A stretch of 64,000 nucleotides of DNA from Eledone cirrhosa. Lineage: Eukaryota. The notes under the pieces are model-generated. The model had not been told where the DNA came from. It made no database searches and worked only from the letters and a program-made list of their open reading frames with translations. Shown here in pieces: positions 41,128-54,714 of the stretch. Made by a program: the position numbers and the translations under genes. Position 1 is the first letter of the stretch, and every line of letters begins with the position of its first letter. Location of the stretch: assembly GCA_964016885.1 (NCBI GenBank), contig OZ024741.1:347696001-347760000 (forward strand). Direction: 5' to 3'.

Positions 41128-43160
41128 TTATAGCCCCAGTCTACCCCCCCCCGGGTCATTATGGGGTTTGAGGGCGAGGTAAGTCCTACGCAATCTATGT
41201 TTACATGCAGTAACCAGTTCATCTTTCTTGTTTAGGAGTTGGTCCGTCGAAAACAGCATTTGTAAAGTTTCCTCCGAGCATAAATTGCACGGACGGCGTC
41301 CTCCCGTGTAAGAATTGGCTCTGGACAGTAATCTCCAAGTGAGATCATAGGTGATGTTGTTGTCCTTGAGGTCCCATATGTGGCCCGAAAGTGTAGTGGC
41401 GTGACGCCGGGCCGGGTTTCGGAAGGTATGTCTATGTTGGTATAGCCGGGTCTTGAAGTCACATGCGGTAAGTCCTATATAGGCTTTGTTGGAGGTATCC
41501 GTCCTCACGTTGCACTGGTAGTTCACATTACGGTCTCTGCATCTATTGTCGAGTGGGCAAATAGATCTATCCGGGCAGTTACACCTCCTGGTCGGTTCTC
41601 CACTGCTAATTAGGTTATTTCTGCCATCGGGGTTGAGTTTTTTTGTTGTTAGAGGAGACGATGTTTTGTGCGAAGTTTGGTGTAGTGCTGTAAGAGAGTT
41701 TGATGGTATTTTTGTTAATTATGTTGTGGTAGCGGTGTTGTAATGGGAAGTGTTTTTCAATGAGCCTAAAGAATAGTTTCCCGATGGGAGTAGTCACCTC
41801 TGCGTTGTGGGGAGGATTGAACCATGTTACATTGCGTGAGCGGCGGTGTCTCCTGCTGGTTCCGCTAATGGGAGCTGGACAGTAGGATATTTCCTCCCGG
41901 AAATCACTCCGCTTGAGGGCCTGATTGTAATAAGGCGCATGTTCATCGAATATCCGCTCATTAGCTGACAAACGGGATATGCGGAGGGAGATGTTTTTGA
42001 CCAGGTTGTTTGTGATGTTCCTAGGATGGTTTGATCGGCGGTGGATGTAGTGCAGATTGTCATTAGGTTTCCTGTATGGGTAGTACAGGTCGTTTTCGAG
42101 GTCGAGGGTTACGTCCAGGAAGTTTACTCGGGTCAGGGACGTTTGTAGGGTTATTTTAAATCCCCAGTCGCGGAAGAATCTGATTAATTGTTTCCGGACC
42201 CGATCTGTACTACTGGGGTTGTACCCTTTAAGGGTAAGGAGCCCATCATCACGGTACAATCCACCACCGAATGCAGGAAACGTATCAGTGAGTTTGGCTA
42301 TTAGGAATAATCCTATAAGATCAGTGACCTCCGCCGAATCCGTGGCGCCCATGCTGACGTCGAAGGGTGAGTCGGGAGCTCTTTTTATCCATTTAGAGTT
42401 GTCAAAGAGTAAGACTGTCTTCCTGGCGTGGAGGATGATTTTTCTTTCCTGGTCGGTAATGGGCACGAGTGTTTCGGCGAAGTCCAAGGCGGCAGTAAGT
42501 AGCGGTAAGGTGATTGAAGCATAGTAGCTCTCTATGTCGAACTGTATGAATTTAGTTTCTCGTTTATCCTCCATATTGCTGAACCAGGAGATTACTTCCT
42601 GGGTGTTGATCCATAGGCTAAGTCGGGTGTGTTGCTTGACTTTTGGTATCACGCGGTCTAGGATTTTTTTGCTGATTCTCCCTATGTCGGACTTCGTTGG
42701 GTTAATAAGCCTGATGGAGGGTTTACGGTCAAAATCGGATTTATGGTCCTTCAGTGTGAAGTATGGTGTCCGTGGGTCTAGAGGTTCCGTGCGGTCGGCG
42801 ACCCCGAGGCTGGAGGTGATTTGTTGTCCATCTCGATTTATGTCCTCGATACAAGAGTGGTTGGCCTTTTTATAGGTGGAGTTTAGGCTGCTCCTGATCA
42901 GTGTGTGGTATCTGTCAGGGTTGACAAAGTATAGGTTCCCAGTTTTATCCGAATGCACCTTGATGTCATTTGTGTTATCATACTCTGTTAAGTTGCTACG
43001 GAGTTTTTGTAGGAATCGGTTGTGTTTGGGTTTAAATTTAATGTTCTTGACCAGTTGGAAGAGGTCATTCTCGAAGGGTGCGAGCAAGGGGTTCAGGGGC
43101 GGAGATTTGTAGGTAATAAATCCGAATCTCTCCTTGGTGCCGAAGTCTTGGTTGTCGCAA
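41128..43160 (-). pseudogene. PLE RT-GIY-YIG polyprotein, 5'-truncated, one frameshift near 41640
   Basis: 490-aa RT ORF (TLKDHK, RLINP, QFDIESYY, LYRDD, WFNPP) plus a 132-aa EN ORF. Confidence 0.93.
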
Positions 43161-43218
43161 TATCTTTGACAACTCTAAATGGATAAAAAGAGCTCCCGAC
43201 TCACCCTTCGACGTCAGC

Positions 43219-44427
43219 ATGGGCGCCACGGATTCGGCGGAGGTCACTGATCTTATAGGATTATTCCTAATAGCCAAACTCACTGATACGTTTCCTGCAT
43301 TCGGTGGTGGATTGTACCGTGATGATGGGCTCCTTAGCCTTAAAGGGTACAACCCCAGTAGTACAGATCGGGTCCGGAAACAATTAATCAGATTCTTCCG
43401 CGACTGGGGATTTAAAATAACCCTACAAACGTCCCTGAACCGAGTAAACTTCCTGGACGTAACCCTCGACCTCGAAAACGACCTGTACTACCCATACAGG
43501 AAACCTAATGACAATCTGCACTACATCCACCGCCGATCAAACCATCCTAGGAACATCACAAACAACCTGGTCAAAAACATCTCCCTCCGCATATCCCGTT
43601 TGTCAGCTAATGAGCGGATATTCGATGAATATGCGCCTTATTACAATCAGGCCCTCAAGCGGAGTGGTTTCCGGGAGGAAATATCCTACTGTCCAGCTCC
43701 CATTAGCGGAACCAGCAGGAGACACCGCCGCTCACGCAATGTAACATGGTTCAATCCTCCCCACAACGCAGAGGTGACTACTCCCATCGGGAAACTATTC
43801 TTTAGGCTCATTGAAAAACACTTCCCATTACAACACCGCTACCACAACATAATTAACAAAAATACCATCAAACTCTCTTACAGCACTACACCAAACTTCG
43901 CACAAAACATCGTCTCCTCTAACAACAAAAAACTCAACCCCGATGGCAGAAATAACCTAATTAGCAGTGGAGAACCGACCAGGAGGTGTAACTGCCCGGA
44001 TAGATCTATTTGCCCACTCGACAATAGATGCAGAGGCCGTAATGTGATCTACCAGTGCAACGTGAGGACGGATACCTCCAACAAAGCCTATATAGGACTT
44101 ACCGCATGTGACTTCAAGACCCGGCTATACCAACATAGACATACCTTCCGAAACCCGGCCCGGCGTCACGCCACTACACTTTCGGGCCACATATGGGACC
44201 TCAAGGACAACAACATCACCTATGATCTCACTTGGAGATTACTGTCCAGAGCCAATTCTTACACGGGAGGACGCCGTCCGTGCAATTTATGCTCGGAGGA
44301 AACTTTACAAATGCTGTTTTCGACGGACCAACTCCTAAACAAGAAAGATGAACTGGTTACTGCATGTAAATATAGATTGCGTAGGACTTACCTCGCCCTC
44401 AAACCCCATAATGACCCGGGGGGGTAG
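43219..44427 (+). CDS. PLE RT (C-terminal half)-GIY-YIG, open frame, 5'-truncated
   Basis: 402 aa: LYRDD, NFLD, SNHP, WFNPP, CNCPDRSICP, VIYQC/YIGLT, CNLC. Confidence 0.9.
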   Translation: MGATDSAEVTDLIGLFLIAKLTDTFPAFGGGLYRDDGLLSLKGYNPSSTDRVRKQLIRFFRDWGFKITLQTSLNRVNFLDVTLDLENDLYYPYRKPNDNLHYIHRRSNHPRNITNNLVKNISLRISRLSANERIFDEYAPYYNQALKRSGFREEISYCPAPISGTSRRHRRSRNVTWFNPPHNAEVTTPIGKLFFRLIEKHFPLQHRYHNIINKNTIKLSYSTTPNFAQNIVSSNNKKLNPDGRNNLISSGEPTRRCNCPDRSICPLDNRCRGRNVIYQCNVRTDTSNKAYIGLTACDFKTRLYQHRHTFRNPARRHATTLSGHIWDLKDNNITYDLTWRLLSRANSYTGGRRPCNLCSEETLQMLFSTDQLLNKKDELVTACKYRLRRTYLALKPHNDPGG

Positions 44428-45532
44428 ACTGGGGCTATAACACCCCAGTTGCCGATTTTGCAATGGGTAACCCCTGCTTGCCAAGGAAGACGTAAGATCT
44501 TCTTTGTATTCTTTTATCGCTTCCTTTATTTCCTTACCCCCTCTCTCCTTTGTCCTTCTACCCCAGCTCTTCTCCTTTGTCGGCGTCTTTTCTCGCCCAC
44601 CCGAGGCTGCCCTTTGGCCCCATGTAGCCTTAGTACCCCCCCTCCCCTAGTCTTTGATAGATTTGGCGGACTCCGCCCTTTATAGCAGTTGGCTTAGACC
44701 CCGGATACTTTCCCCCTTTTTCCGACCGCTCCCACTATTCTCTGTGCCCTCTATATTTCTTAGTGGCACTTATGCCTTATTTTTTCGTTTCAGTATTTCT
44801 TGCTTCGCTTTTCTTCTGGGAGGGGTGGATTCTGAATTTATTTCTCCGTATTCTACCTTTATTTCGTACGAACTTTCATGTAGCTTGTTTTAGATCTTTT
44901 AGAGTTAGCATTAGTATATATTTTTCTCGGGACTCAGAATTATTATCTCGTACAAGTTCACTTTGCCGGACTGGGTCGTTGCTGGCCCGGGATGGAAACC
45001 TTTATTGTTTATTTCGTGGTAGTCTCTTTAGTATTTTGGCCCCTTTTGTTGACCCGTCACCGTATCATTTACGTACTTATACCTCTTAAAAGGGTCCTTG
45101 CTTTATCCGTCCCACCTAGTTCTCTTACTTATTTATTTATTTATTTATTTATTTACTTCTTTCTTTCTTTCTTTATTTTATTCTCGCCTAACAATAGCCT
45201 GACACCTGGGTCGTTGATTTTAATTTACTTTACTTTTTTCTTTACACTTATTTGCTTTTCTTCACTCTCACTATTTTTTCTTTCCTATTTCTACCCCCCA
45301 TTGTTCTACCTACCGTTCCGACTTCCTCCCCCTCCCCCTCCCCCTCCCCCTCCCCCTCCCCTGTAATTTCTTTGACCTCATGCCCAGCTGTAGCTGGCAC
45401 TACCAACGCTTGATTGGGTCTACTCCACCCCCTCCCCTCTTTCTCCTACTGGCAGGTTTAGCCACCATCTCCCCTACTAATTTGCAACCACAGAATTACT
45501 ACTGATTTTTGACAATCACTTTGACCATATAT

Positions 45533-45644
45533 GGAATTACCCCTTGAGAAGATCGGCTATTTAAATACCAGGATAAATTTTCATTTAGTCCAGAATTAGC
45601 CGTCGAAACGGCTTGAGCTCAGCTGTCGGGGTCTTACTGGTTCC
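45533..45644 (+). ncRNA. Type I HHR, U3-A8 variant, long stem II, palindromic loop III
   Basis: acccc TTGAGAA (45544-50) gatcggcta...tagccgtc GAAA (45605-08) cggct-tgagctc-agctg TC ggggt; stem I extended by ggaatt/ggttcc around an internal bulge. Confidence 0.82.
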
Positions 45645-45723
45645 TATTACCCACTCTACTACCTCAAGTATTGAGTACTTTGGTGCGTTATGGTCCACCT
45701 GGTTCCTTACCACATTTCCTTCG

Positions 45724-45759
<36 letters not shown>

Positions 45760-45827
45760 CGTTTCTGAATTTGTTGGCAACATGATCCTCCCAAAGTATA
45801 ACAATATATATATATATATATATATAT

Positions 45828-46270
45828 AGGAAAAAATTAAAGAAGGCCTATATTCTTTATCAAAGAAAAAAAGGAAAAAATACACACAGAAGATACCAAC
45901 ATATGACGATTTGTAATCCCTATGGAAGTATTAGGTGGATTCCTTCATTAATTTAAAACGAAATAGCTCCTACATTAATATTCCTATTCTATATGTATAC
46001 GATAAGAAGCATATATATATATATATATATATATATACTTCTTATCGTATACATATAGAATAGGAATTCTAATGTTGGAGCCATTTCGTTTTAAATTAAT
46101 GAAGGAATCCAACGAATACTTCCATAGGGATTACAAATCGTCATATGTTGGTATCTTCTGTGTGTATTTTTTCCTTTTCTTATTTGATAAAATAATATAG
46201 GCCTTCTTTACTTTTTTTCTTTATATATACAAATTGTTTTCTGTTGTGGATTGCAATCAACTTAGAGATG
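45828..46270. mobile_element. Non-coding fold-back with (TA)n spacer and right-side tail
   Basis: 45830-46010 is inverted at 46037-46222. Confidence 0.75.
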
Positions 46271-46664
46271 AACTAGATTGTGAATATTCGGAATGCTGTA
46301 TTTAATTATTGTTGGATGTGTAATGTTAGTCTTTTTAGAATGTTTGGTTTTGAATGTATTCTGAGAAAAAAGAGTTTGTGTGGTTGTAGCTGTAATGTGC
46401 ATAAAATAAATTGGCAAAGACATGGGCATATGACGAGTTTTCCTATTTAAAATCGTATCCCTATCCGATCTACCACAAATCAAGCAAACGACACAATATA
46501 AATGCAGTTTCAAACTTCATTTTCGTGACAAAGAAATGCATGAAAATAAATGGATTCTACTCAAATCATAGTAATGCATAACGAGTGACATTCCCTATGA
46601 AGGAAGCATAAAACCGCTATACGTAGTAATATATATTTACATATACGTACGCATAAACAACCAG

Positions 46665-46723
<59 letters not shown>

Positions 46724-46729
46724 AACACG

Positions 46730-46759
<30 letters not shown>

Positions 46760-46762
<3 letters not shown>

Positions 46763-47147
46763 TATTAAATATGCAACACGTACATTCATATATACATCGC
46801 TATTTCAGAGCTCCAACACATATTTCTAATTGTTGCTGGCCCGGCAAACCACTCGTTATGTTTAATGAGTTTAAGCAGCTCATAAACATACCTGGTATTC
46901 TATAGGAATCCAGCTTCTACACTTCACAGCATAAACTGAGTCGATATATAACCTTGATAACCGCTAAAGACGAGAAACGATCGTCGGTTATATCCCTTTA
47001 TTTTTGCTGAAGTTAAGTATGTGACTATAGTCACTGCCTTACATTCATAGCGAAAGGCATTCAAACTGTTTTTAAATAAACATACAGTATATTATTAAAT
47101 ATACAATACGCACAATCATATATACATCGCTATTACAGAGGTCCAAT

Positions 47148-47150
<3 letters not shown>
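46760..47150 (+). mobile_element. ~330-bp HHR unit with terminal direct repeat (retrozyme-like)
   Basis: 46760-46820 is repeated at 47090-47150; HHR inside. Confidence 0.7.
46946..46993 (+). ncRNA. Minimal type I HHR, U3-A8 variant
   Basis: atataacc TTGATAA ccg-ctaaaga-cga GAAA CGATCG TC ggttatat (8-bp stem I). Confidence 0.78.
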
Positions 47151-47204
<54 letters not shown>

Positions 47205-47357
47205 TATAGTTATACGTTGGGAGGGTCATGTTGCCAATAAGAAACACACGCACCAGTTACTTCCACTTCAATGTATTATAATAAATTTATAAATTTAGGA
47301 ATTTATGAATATCCGGTTGGTTGTTGGTTCCACAACCAGATGATTGTTCATATATTG

Positions 47358-47398
47358 TCAAAGTTCTTTCGTCACACATTCTGTGACAACTTCAGTGA
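47358..47398 (-). ncRNA. Degenerate minimal HHR
   Basis: Reverse complement reads tca CTGAAGT t gtcaca-gaatg-tgtgac GAAA gaac TT tga. Confidence 0.5.
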
Positions 47399-47459
47399 AT
47401 GGGGATAATTTTCTTTGTTTTTGTTCCTCTCCTTTGTTCTGTCCTACGCCATCTTGGAC

Positions 47460-48463
47460 AAACACACATACACACACACATAACACCTTCTACTTTAGAA
47501 AATAAAAACCCGAACTAAATAAACCTTAACATACGTTTGCGCTGACAATACAACAGAACAAATACGAATAAGTAAGGAAAATATGTTCATTCAAAAATAT
47601 TCCTACTAACAGAATCATTTTCCTACACACACACAAAATATATATTCTCTTCATCTTAACATGCTAACCATACTCCCACACACACATAACACCCATTCAC
47701 ACACACATAACAGCCCCTCCCCACCAACACGCACAACTCCCTCCCCCATTTCTACCAATATAATCATCTTCCTATACACACACATACACACACACACAAA
47801 CACACTAATAAACTTACTTTCTTTATTTCAATAGAAAATGTGAACTCTGACACCCCAGCGAACTAGCCATATTCACTGAACCAGAACAATTCTCCCATCC
47901 CATTTCTCTTGACCATTCTTTTGCTTGTCATAAAATTCTGTAAACGGCTACAAAATAAATAATTGTTTCTACTTTTGGCACAAGGCCAGCAATCACCAAT
48001 ACATTACTGGTACTTTATTTTATTGACCCCGTAAGGATGAAAGCAGATTACATTTTTTAGAAAAAGTCTTTTTAAGTAAGAAGTCATTCAAACACTCATA
48101 TACGGAACCCCCCCCCCCCGTGTTTGAAGAACTTTGTAACGCGAACTGGCGCGAAATTTATTATACTTATTGACCATCCAATCAAATTACTTCTCTAAAA
48201 ACCTGGCCTTTCGAGCCACTTTTTTTTCATATAAAACAAGTAGCATTCAAAGACCAACCAGATGTGAGAAAAACCACAGACCCTCCATCTCAACTCTTGA
48301 AAAGCAGAAGAACTGCGAAATAGGTAAAGGTACCAAATAAATATATATACATTTTTTAAAATAAGACTCCAGTTACATTTTCCATTTCATCTTTTTTCCT
48401 TTATACTTTCACTCATGTAGGACACCGGTTATTTTTCATTTTGTAAAAAAACCTCACTTTCTA

Positions 48464-48465
<2 letters not shown>
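47460..48465 (+). mobile_element. PLE 3' UTR related to 20880-22062, with HHR at 48294-48330 and a SINE fragment at 47963-48043
   Basis: Shares ccaatcaaa...gagccacttttt...ataaaaca.gtag; TTGAAAA gcag-aagaa-ctgc GAAA tagg TA. Confidence 0.65.
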
Positions 48466-48495
<30 letters not shown>

Positions 48496-48595
48496 AAATG
48501 AAGTAATTCCGTCGGAAAAGTCCAGGAAAAAAGAGTGCTCTATGAAGGTAACAGAGCTTAATAGTTATGTAATAAACAACACAAGGCAATTATTG

Positions 48596-48649
48596 CATTT
48601 ACCAGTGGTTTCTTAAAAGCAACAGATTTTGCTTTCAATCCTCAGAATG
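48596..48649 (-). ncRNA. Type I HHR (intact core)
   Basis: Reverse complement reads catt CTGAGGA ttgaaagcaa-aatctg-ttgcttttaa GAAA ccactgg TA aatg. Confidence 0.82.
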
Positions 48650-48785
48650 AAAAAATCCTGGTCTGTTTATTGAATTTGGATTTTAAAAACAAAAATGTAA
48701 TCTACATGAAAGTGAGGCTGGAGAAGGAAGAAGGAAAGGAAAAATAAAATAAAACTACACATGCAAAAACACACACAAAAACACG

Positions 48786-48839
<54 letters not shown>

Positions 48840-49229
48840 CATATACATACAATCATACATACACACACACATATATACACACATATATATGTGTATATAA
48901 ATACATACAAACACATACATATACACATATATACATACGCACATAAATATCAACACATCCATACATACACATACATATATACAACCACACACACATATAT
49001 ACACACATACATACACACATATACATACATATATATATATGTGTGTACAAGCATACACATACACAAACATAGCCATACACACATACATATACATACATAC
49101 ATACATGCACACAATCATACATATATACACACGTGCATACATACACATACATAAAAGCACTCCTCTACATATTCACACACGCAAATAAATATAAGAAGAA
49201 AATATATATATATATATAAAAAAAATATA

Positions 49230-51326
49230 CCCACTCCTTCCAACACAACTTATACCAAAATCCTCATAGATAAAATCGAACAAGTCGTTAAAAGAATGAG
49301 ATGGAAGGCAATGGTTTACGATTGACTATTCAGTGCTGATACTAAAGATTGTTTTGACATCAAATCCCGTAAATATCCACCTAGAATTAAAGACATGGCC
49401 AACTTCGAATTAGACCTTGTTAATCCAATTAGTGATATCAAATTTCGTAAGTACAATAATAACTTTCAAACTAAACTATCTAACGATATTTCTAATTTTA
49501 GAAATTCTACAAACACTTTTGTTCTTTCTGATAAAACTAAAAATCTCTTTGAAGTTAATAGTAATTTGTATAACCAACTTTTAGCTAATAGTATTACCAA
49601 TAAATATCAATTAACTAATAATAATACCTACAATACTATCAATAAAGAAGCTAAAGAATCAGCTAGTTCTTTACAAATAGATAACCGGATTGAAAGCCTA
49701 GCTAAGCGTAAAGATTATATTACCCTTAAAGACCATAAATTGGACTTTACTAATCGACTTAGTTGTAGACTGATTAACCCGGCTAAATCCGAGGTTGGTC
49801 TTGCAAGTAAGAGCATCTTAAGAAATTAAGAAATATAATTCTCCAAATTAGAACTAACACTGACCTATCACAGTGGCTAAATACTTCCTCTGTTATTTCT
49901 TGGTTTAATAATATACAAGGTAAAAATAAGTGTAGATTTACCCAAATTGATATTGTCGATTTTTATCCATCTATTACTGTTTCCTTATTAACTAATGCCT
50001 TAGATTTAGCAAGACCCCTCATTAATATTTCTAAATTAGAAGAAGACATTATCTTTCATGCTAGAAAAACTTTACTCTTTACTAATGATAATATTTGGTT
50101 TAAAAAGTCAAACCCTGAAAACTCTTTTGATGTTGCAATGGGTTCATATGACAGTGCGGATGTGTGTGACTTAGTAGGATTATTCCTTCTCCACACCCTC
50201 AAAGAGAAATTTCCGTCCCATAATATCGGTTTATACCGTGATGACGGATTAGCAGCTTCTCATACCACCAACGGCCATAACCTTGATACATTCCGTAAAG
50301 ATTTAATCAATACTTTTGCTAATCTTAACCTTAAAATCACTATAGATACGAACCTTACTAATGCTAACTTTCTTGAAATTAATCTTGATCTACTGACCGC
50401 CTCTTTTAAACCCTATCATAAACCTAATGAAAATCTTAGGTATATACACAAATGTCTTGCCATCCCCGTATAGTTTTTAATAATCTCATTCGTAACATTA
50501 GCCGTTGGATTTCTACCTTATCTTCGTCTATAGACATTTTTAATAAGGGCGCCCCTTATTATAATAAAGCCCTTAAGAACAGTGGTTTCACAGAACAAAA
50601 TATTATTTACCCCCCCCCCCCTAAAACTAACCACAATAACAGGAAAAGGAAGATTATTTGGTTCACACACCCCTTCTTTCTAACTGTCAAAACTAATGTA
50701 GGAAGGAAATTCCTTGAACTCTTGACAAACATTTTCCTCCTAATCATGGATATTATAAGATATTTAATAGGAACGTAGTTATGATCAGCTACTCTTGTTG
50801 CCCATCTATGAAGTCCAAAATCACCAGTTCAAACCATGCGAGAATAAATCCAGGATGCAGTTGCAGGAAGCCGGATGAATGCCCATTGCAGGGTAAATGT
50901 AACACCAAATCTATTGTTTATGAGGCTAAGATAACACCGGTAATCAACAATCAGCCAGCCAGGAGTGAGCGATATGTCGGTATGACCCAGGACAGTTTTA
51001 AAACCAGATTTTACTCACATGTCGCTTCTTTTAAGCACTCCGATAAACGAACATCAACGCCCCTCGCAAGTAAGGTGTGGGAACTCAAGGATAGCAACAT
51101 CCCGTACTCTATTGATTGGTCTATATTAGACCATTCGAGGGAGTATCAAAGGGGCACAAAGAATTGTTCTTTGCGTACCACAGAAAAGTATAGGATTTTG
51201 CTAAACTTGAGAGCCACTTCCGCTTGCCTTAACTCACAGACTGAGATCTTCAGATGCTGTCCTCATCTGAAATCGCATCTGATCTGTAACTGGATTGACA
51301 CTCCTATGATAAATCAACCGCCTTGA
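49230..51326 (+). pseudogene. PLE RT-GIY-YIG polyprotein, frameshifted (Hydra-clade-like)
   Basis: KRMRWKA, TLKDHK, CRLINP, MGSYDSADVCDL, LYRDD, CSCRKPDECP, IVYEA/YVGMT, CCPH. Confidence 0.9.
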
Positions 51327-51536
51327 TTTCCTTCTCTGCTCTTTACTTCTGCTACGGTTTTTATTTTGCTGAATCTACGTTCTGTACTCTTGTATATATA
51401 TTTTTTTCTCCCTTACCTCCCCTTATATTTCAACTTTTCCTATGCCCCCCCCCCCCATATATTATTTTTGCCTTGCCCCTCACATACCTATGTGTATGTA
51501 TATTTGTGTGTATATATATATATGTGTATATATATA

Positions 51537-51621
<85 letters not shown>

Positions 51622-51655
51622 ATATGTATGTATATGTAGATAGACCAGGATTTTT

Positions 51656-51709
51656 CATTCTGAAGATTGAAGGAATACTTTTTTGCTTTTAAGAAACCAC
51701 TGGTGAATG
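51656..51709 (+). ncRNA. HHR, probably inactive (GTG triplet)
   Basis: catt CTGAAGA ttgaagg...cttttaa GAAA ccactgg TG aatg. Confidence 0.65.
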
Positions 51710-52458
51710 GAATAATTGCTTTATGTTGCTTATTACTTTATTACCTTACTACTATATATATGTAAGGTTCATATGAATTATCTAAGGCTGAGTTTTACAC
51801 ACACACACATGTATATGTGTATATATGTGTATGTATATATATATATATATATATGTGTGTGTCTGTGTTTGTATTTGGTTGTGCGTGTTCATGATATGTA
51901 CGTATTTTATGTGTATAATTGTATAGCTATGTATGTATATGTGTGTGTGTATGTATACATATATGTGTGTGTGTGTATTTTTATATTTATGTGTATATAT
52001 ATATATATGTATGTGTGTATAATTACATATACATATGTATGTGTATATGTGTGTGTATAATTGTATACGTGTGCGTGTGCGTGTTTGTGCATGTATTTGT
52101 GTATGTGTATGTATGTGTTTATGTATTTGTATATGTATATTTATGTGCGAGAGTGTGTGTATGTATTTACTATTTTGTACGTATGTATACGTGCATTTGT
52201 GTGTATTACTTACCACGCGTGTCTGTCCAGTCACCTGCAGTTTGTATCGCTGTCAAACTTTTTTTTTTATATATATATATATATATTTTTTCTTATATTT
52301 ATTTGCGTGTGTGAATATGTAGAGGAGTGCTTTTATGTATGTGTATGTATGTACGTGTGTATATATGTATGATTGTGTGTATGTATGTATGTATGTATGT
52401 ATATGTATGTGTGTATGGCTATGTTTGTGTATGTGTATGCTTGTACACACATATATAT

Positions 52459-52510
<52 letters not shown>

Positions 52511-52741
52511 ATGTGTGTATGTATATGTATTTATATTTATGTTGCTATGTGTATGTATGTGTGTATATATGTGTGTGTGGTTGTATATATGTATGTGTAT
52601 GTATGGATGTGTTGATATGTATGTGCGTATGTATATATGTGTATATGTATGTGTTTGTGTGTATTTATATACACATATATATGTGTGTATATATTGTGTG
52701 TGTGTATGTATGAGTGTATGTATATGTATATATATATGTAC

Positions 52742-52779
<38 letters not shown>

Positions 52780-52968
52780 TTTGTGTGTGTATGGTTTTGT
52801 GTGTGACTGTGCCTGTTTTTGTATGTGTGTTTGCATGTGTAGTTTTATTTTATTTTTATTTTCCTTCTTCCTTCTCCAGCCTCACTTTCATATAGATTGC
52901 ATCTTTGTTTTTAAAATCCAAATTCAATAAACAAACCAGGATTTTTTTCATTCTGAGGATTACATAAC

Positions 52969-53045
<77 letters not shown>

Positions 53046-53774
53046 AGTAGTATTCAACGGAATGCAGGACAAGAAAATTTACTTTCGCATTTTACTTCGA
53101 AAGAACTCGATGCAAGGAAGCTATTAAAACATCAAAATGCCGTTTATGATAGTTACGGGTAAAATTTACTTTAAAGGATACATTTCTGCCGCTAGAATTG
53201 TGTTTTCCAGCAGACGTGATAGGAGGAAAGAAGAAAAGGAAGAAAATAGACGTGAGAAGATAACATCAACATCTAAATACACTCACCATCCTTTAGACCG
53301 CTTGTGATTTCGACTATTTAACTAAATTTTAATTCCGCGAAATCACTATACATATTTCGATGGGCGTGTCCTATCATTCGATTTTGATGTAAGACTAGAT
53401 TTCATGAAGTTTTTTTTGCAGAATTATATAATAGGATTACGTTGAACCCAAACAGTAAATAGAAGATAGAAGATACAAACAATTCTAAAATAGAAAATAG
53501 AAAATAGAGGACCGACTCGATTAAATTCGGGGACCCCCTCATAATTTGTTGTTATATCGATGAAAGATGAGGCACGAATGTTTGCGTTCAACGTAATCCT
53601 AATATATAATTCTGCGAATAACCCAAATGAAATAATCAAATTTTACATTATAATTCGATGAAACGGGTGACAATTCGTCATCGGCACGGCACAGCGTTAG
53701 TCGGGCCATTTTTTTACAAATGAATTGAATATTATATTTAATATTCGATAGTACAGAGTCCTGACTATTTTCAT

Positions 53775-53846
53775 ATTACCCACTCTACTACCCTTAATAT
53801 CGAGTACTCTGGAACGTTACGGTCCACCTGGTATCTTGCCACACCT
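53775..53846 (+). mobile_element. Solo family A tail fragment
   Basis: attacccactctactaccctt...ggtccacctgg...ccacac matches 45646-45715. Confidence 0.7.
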
Positions 53847-53867
53847 TATATATATATATATGAAAAT

Positions 53868-54714
<847 letters not shown>

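Larger units (their letters stand above)
39947..45725. mobile_element. PLE family A 5.8-kb fold-back, young
   Basis: 39947-~42408 is the near-identical reverse complement of 43163-45645; ~750-bp spacer of N-terminal RT; tail on the right only; (TA)n flanks. Confidence 0.95.
48497..52970. mobile_element. PLE family E fold-back
   Basis: ~48563-49225 is inverted at ~52260-52970; decayed near-full-length ORF inside; tail on the left only. Confidence 0.88.

Noticed and set aside
42219-43352. Antisense and alternative-frame ORFs over the PLE RT (also 7598, 9229, 9660 and similar)
   Set aside because: Shadow frames of the RT coding sequence; repeated only because the element is repeated.
39947-45725. 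Large palindromes as sequencing or assembly fold-back artefacts
   Set aside because: The arms differ by substitutions and indels, have unique spacers and element-defined asymmetric ends, and recur in many families of different ages. Read-level confirmation is still advisable.
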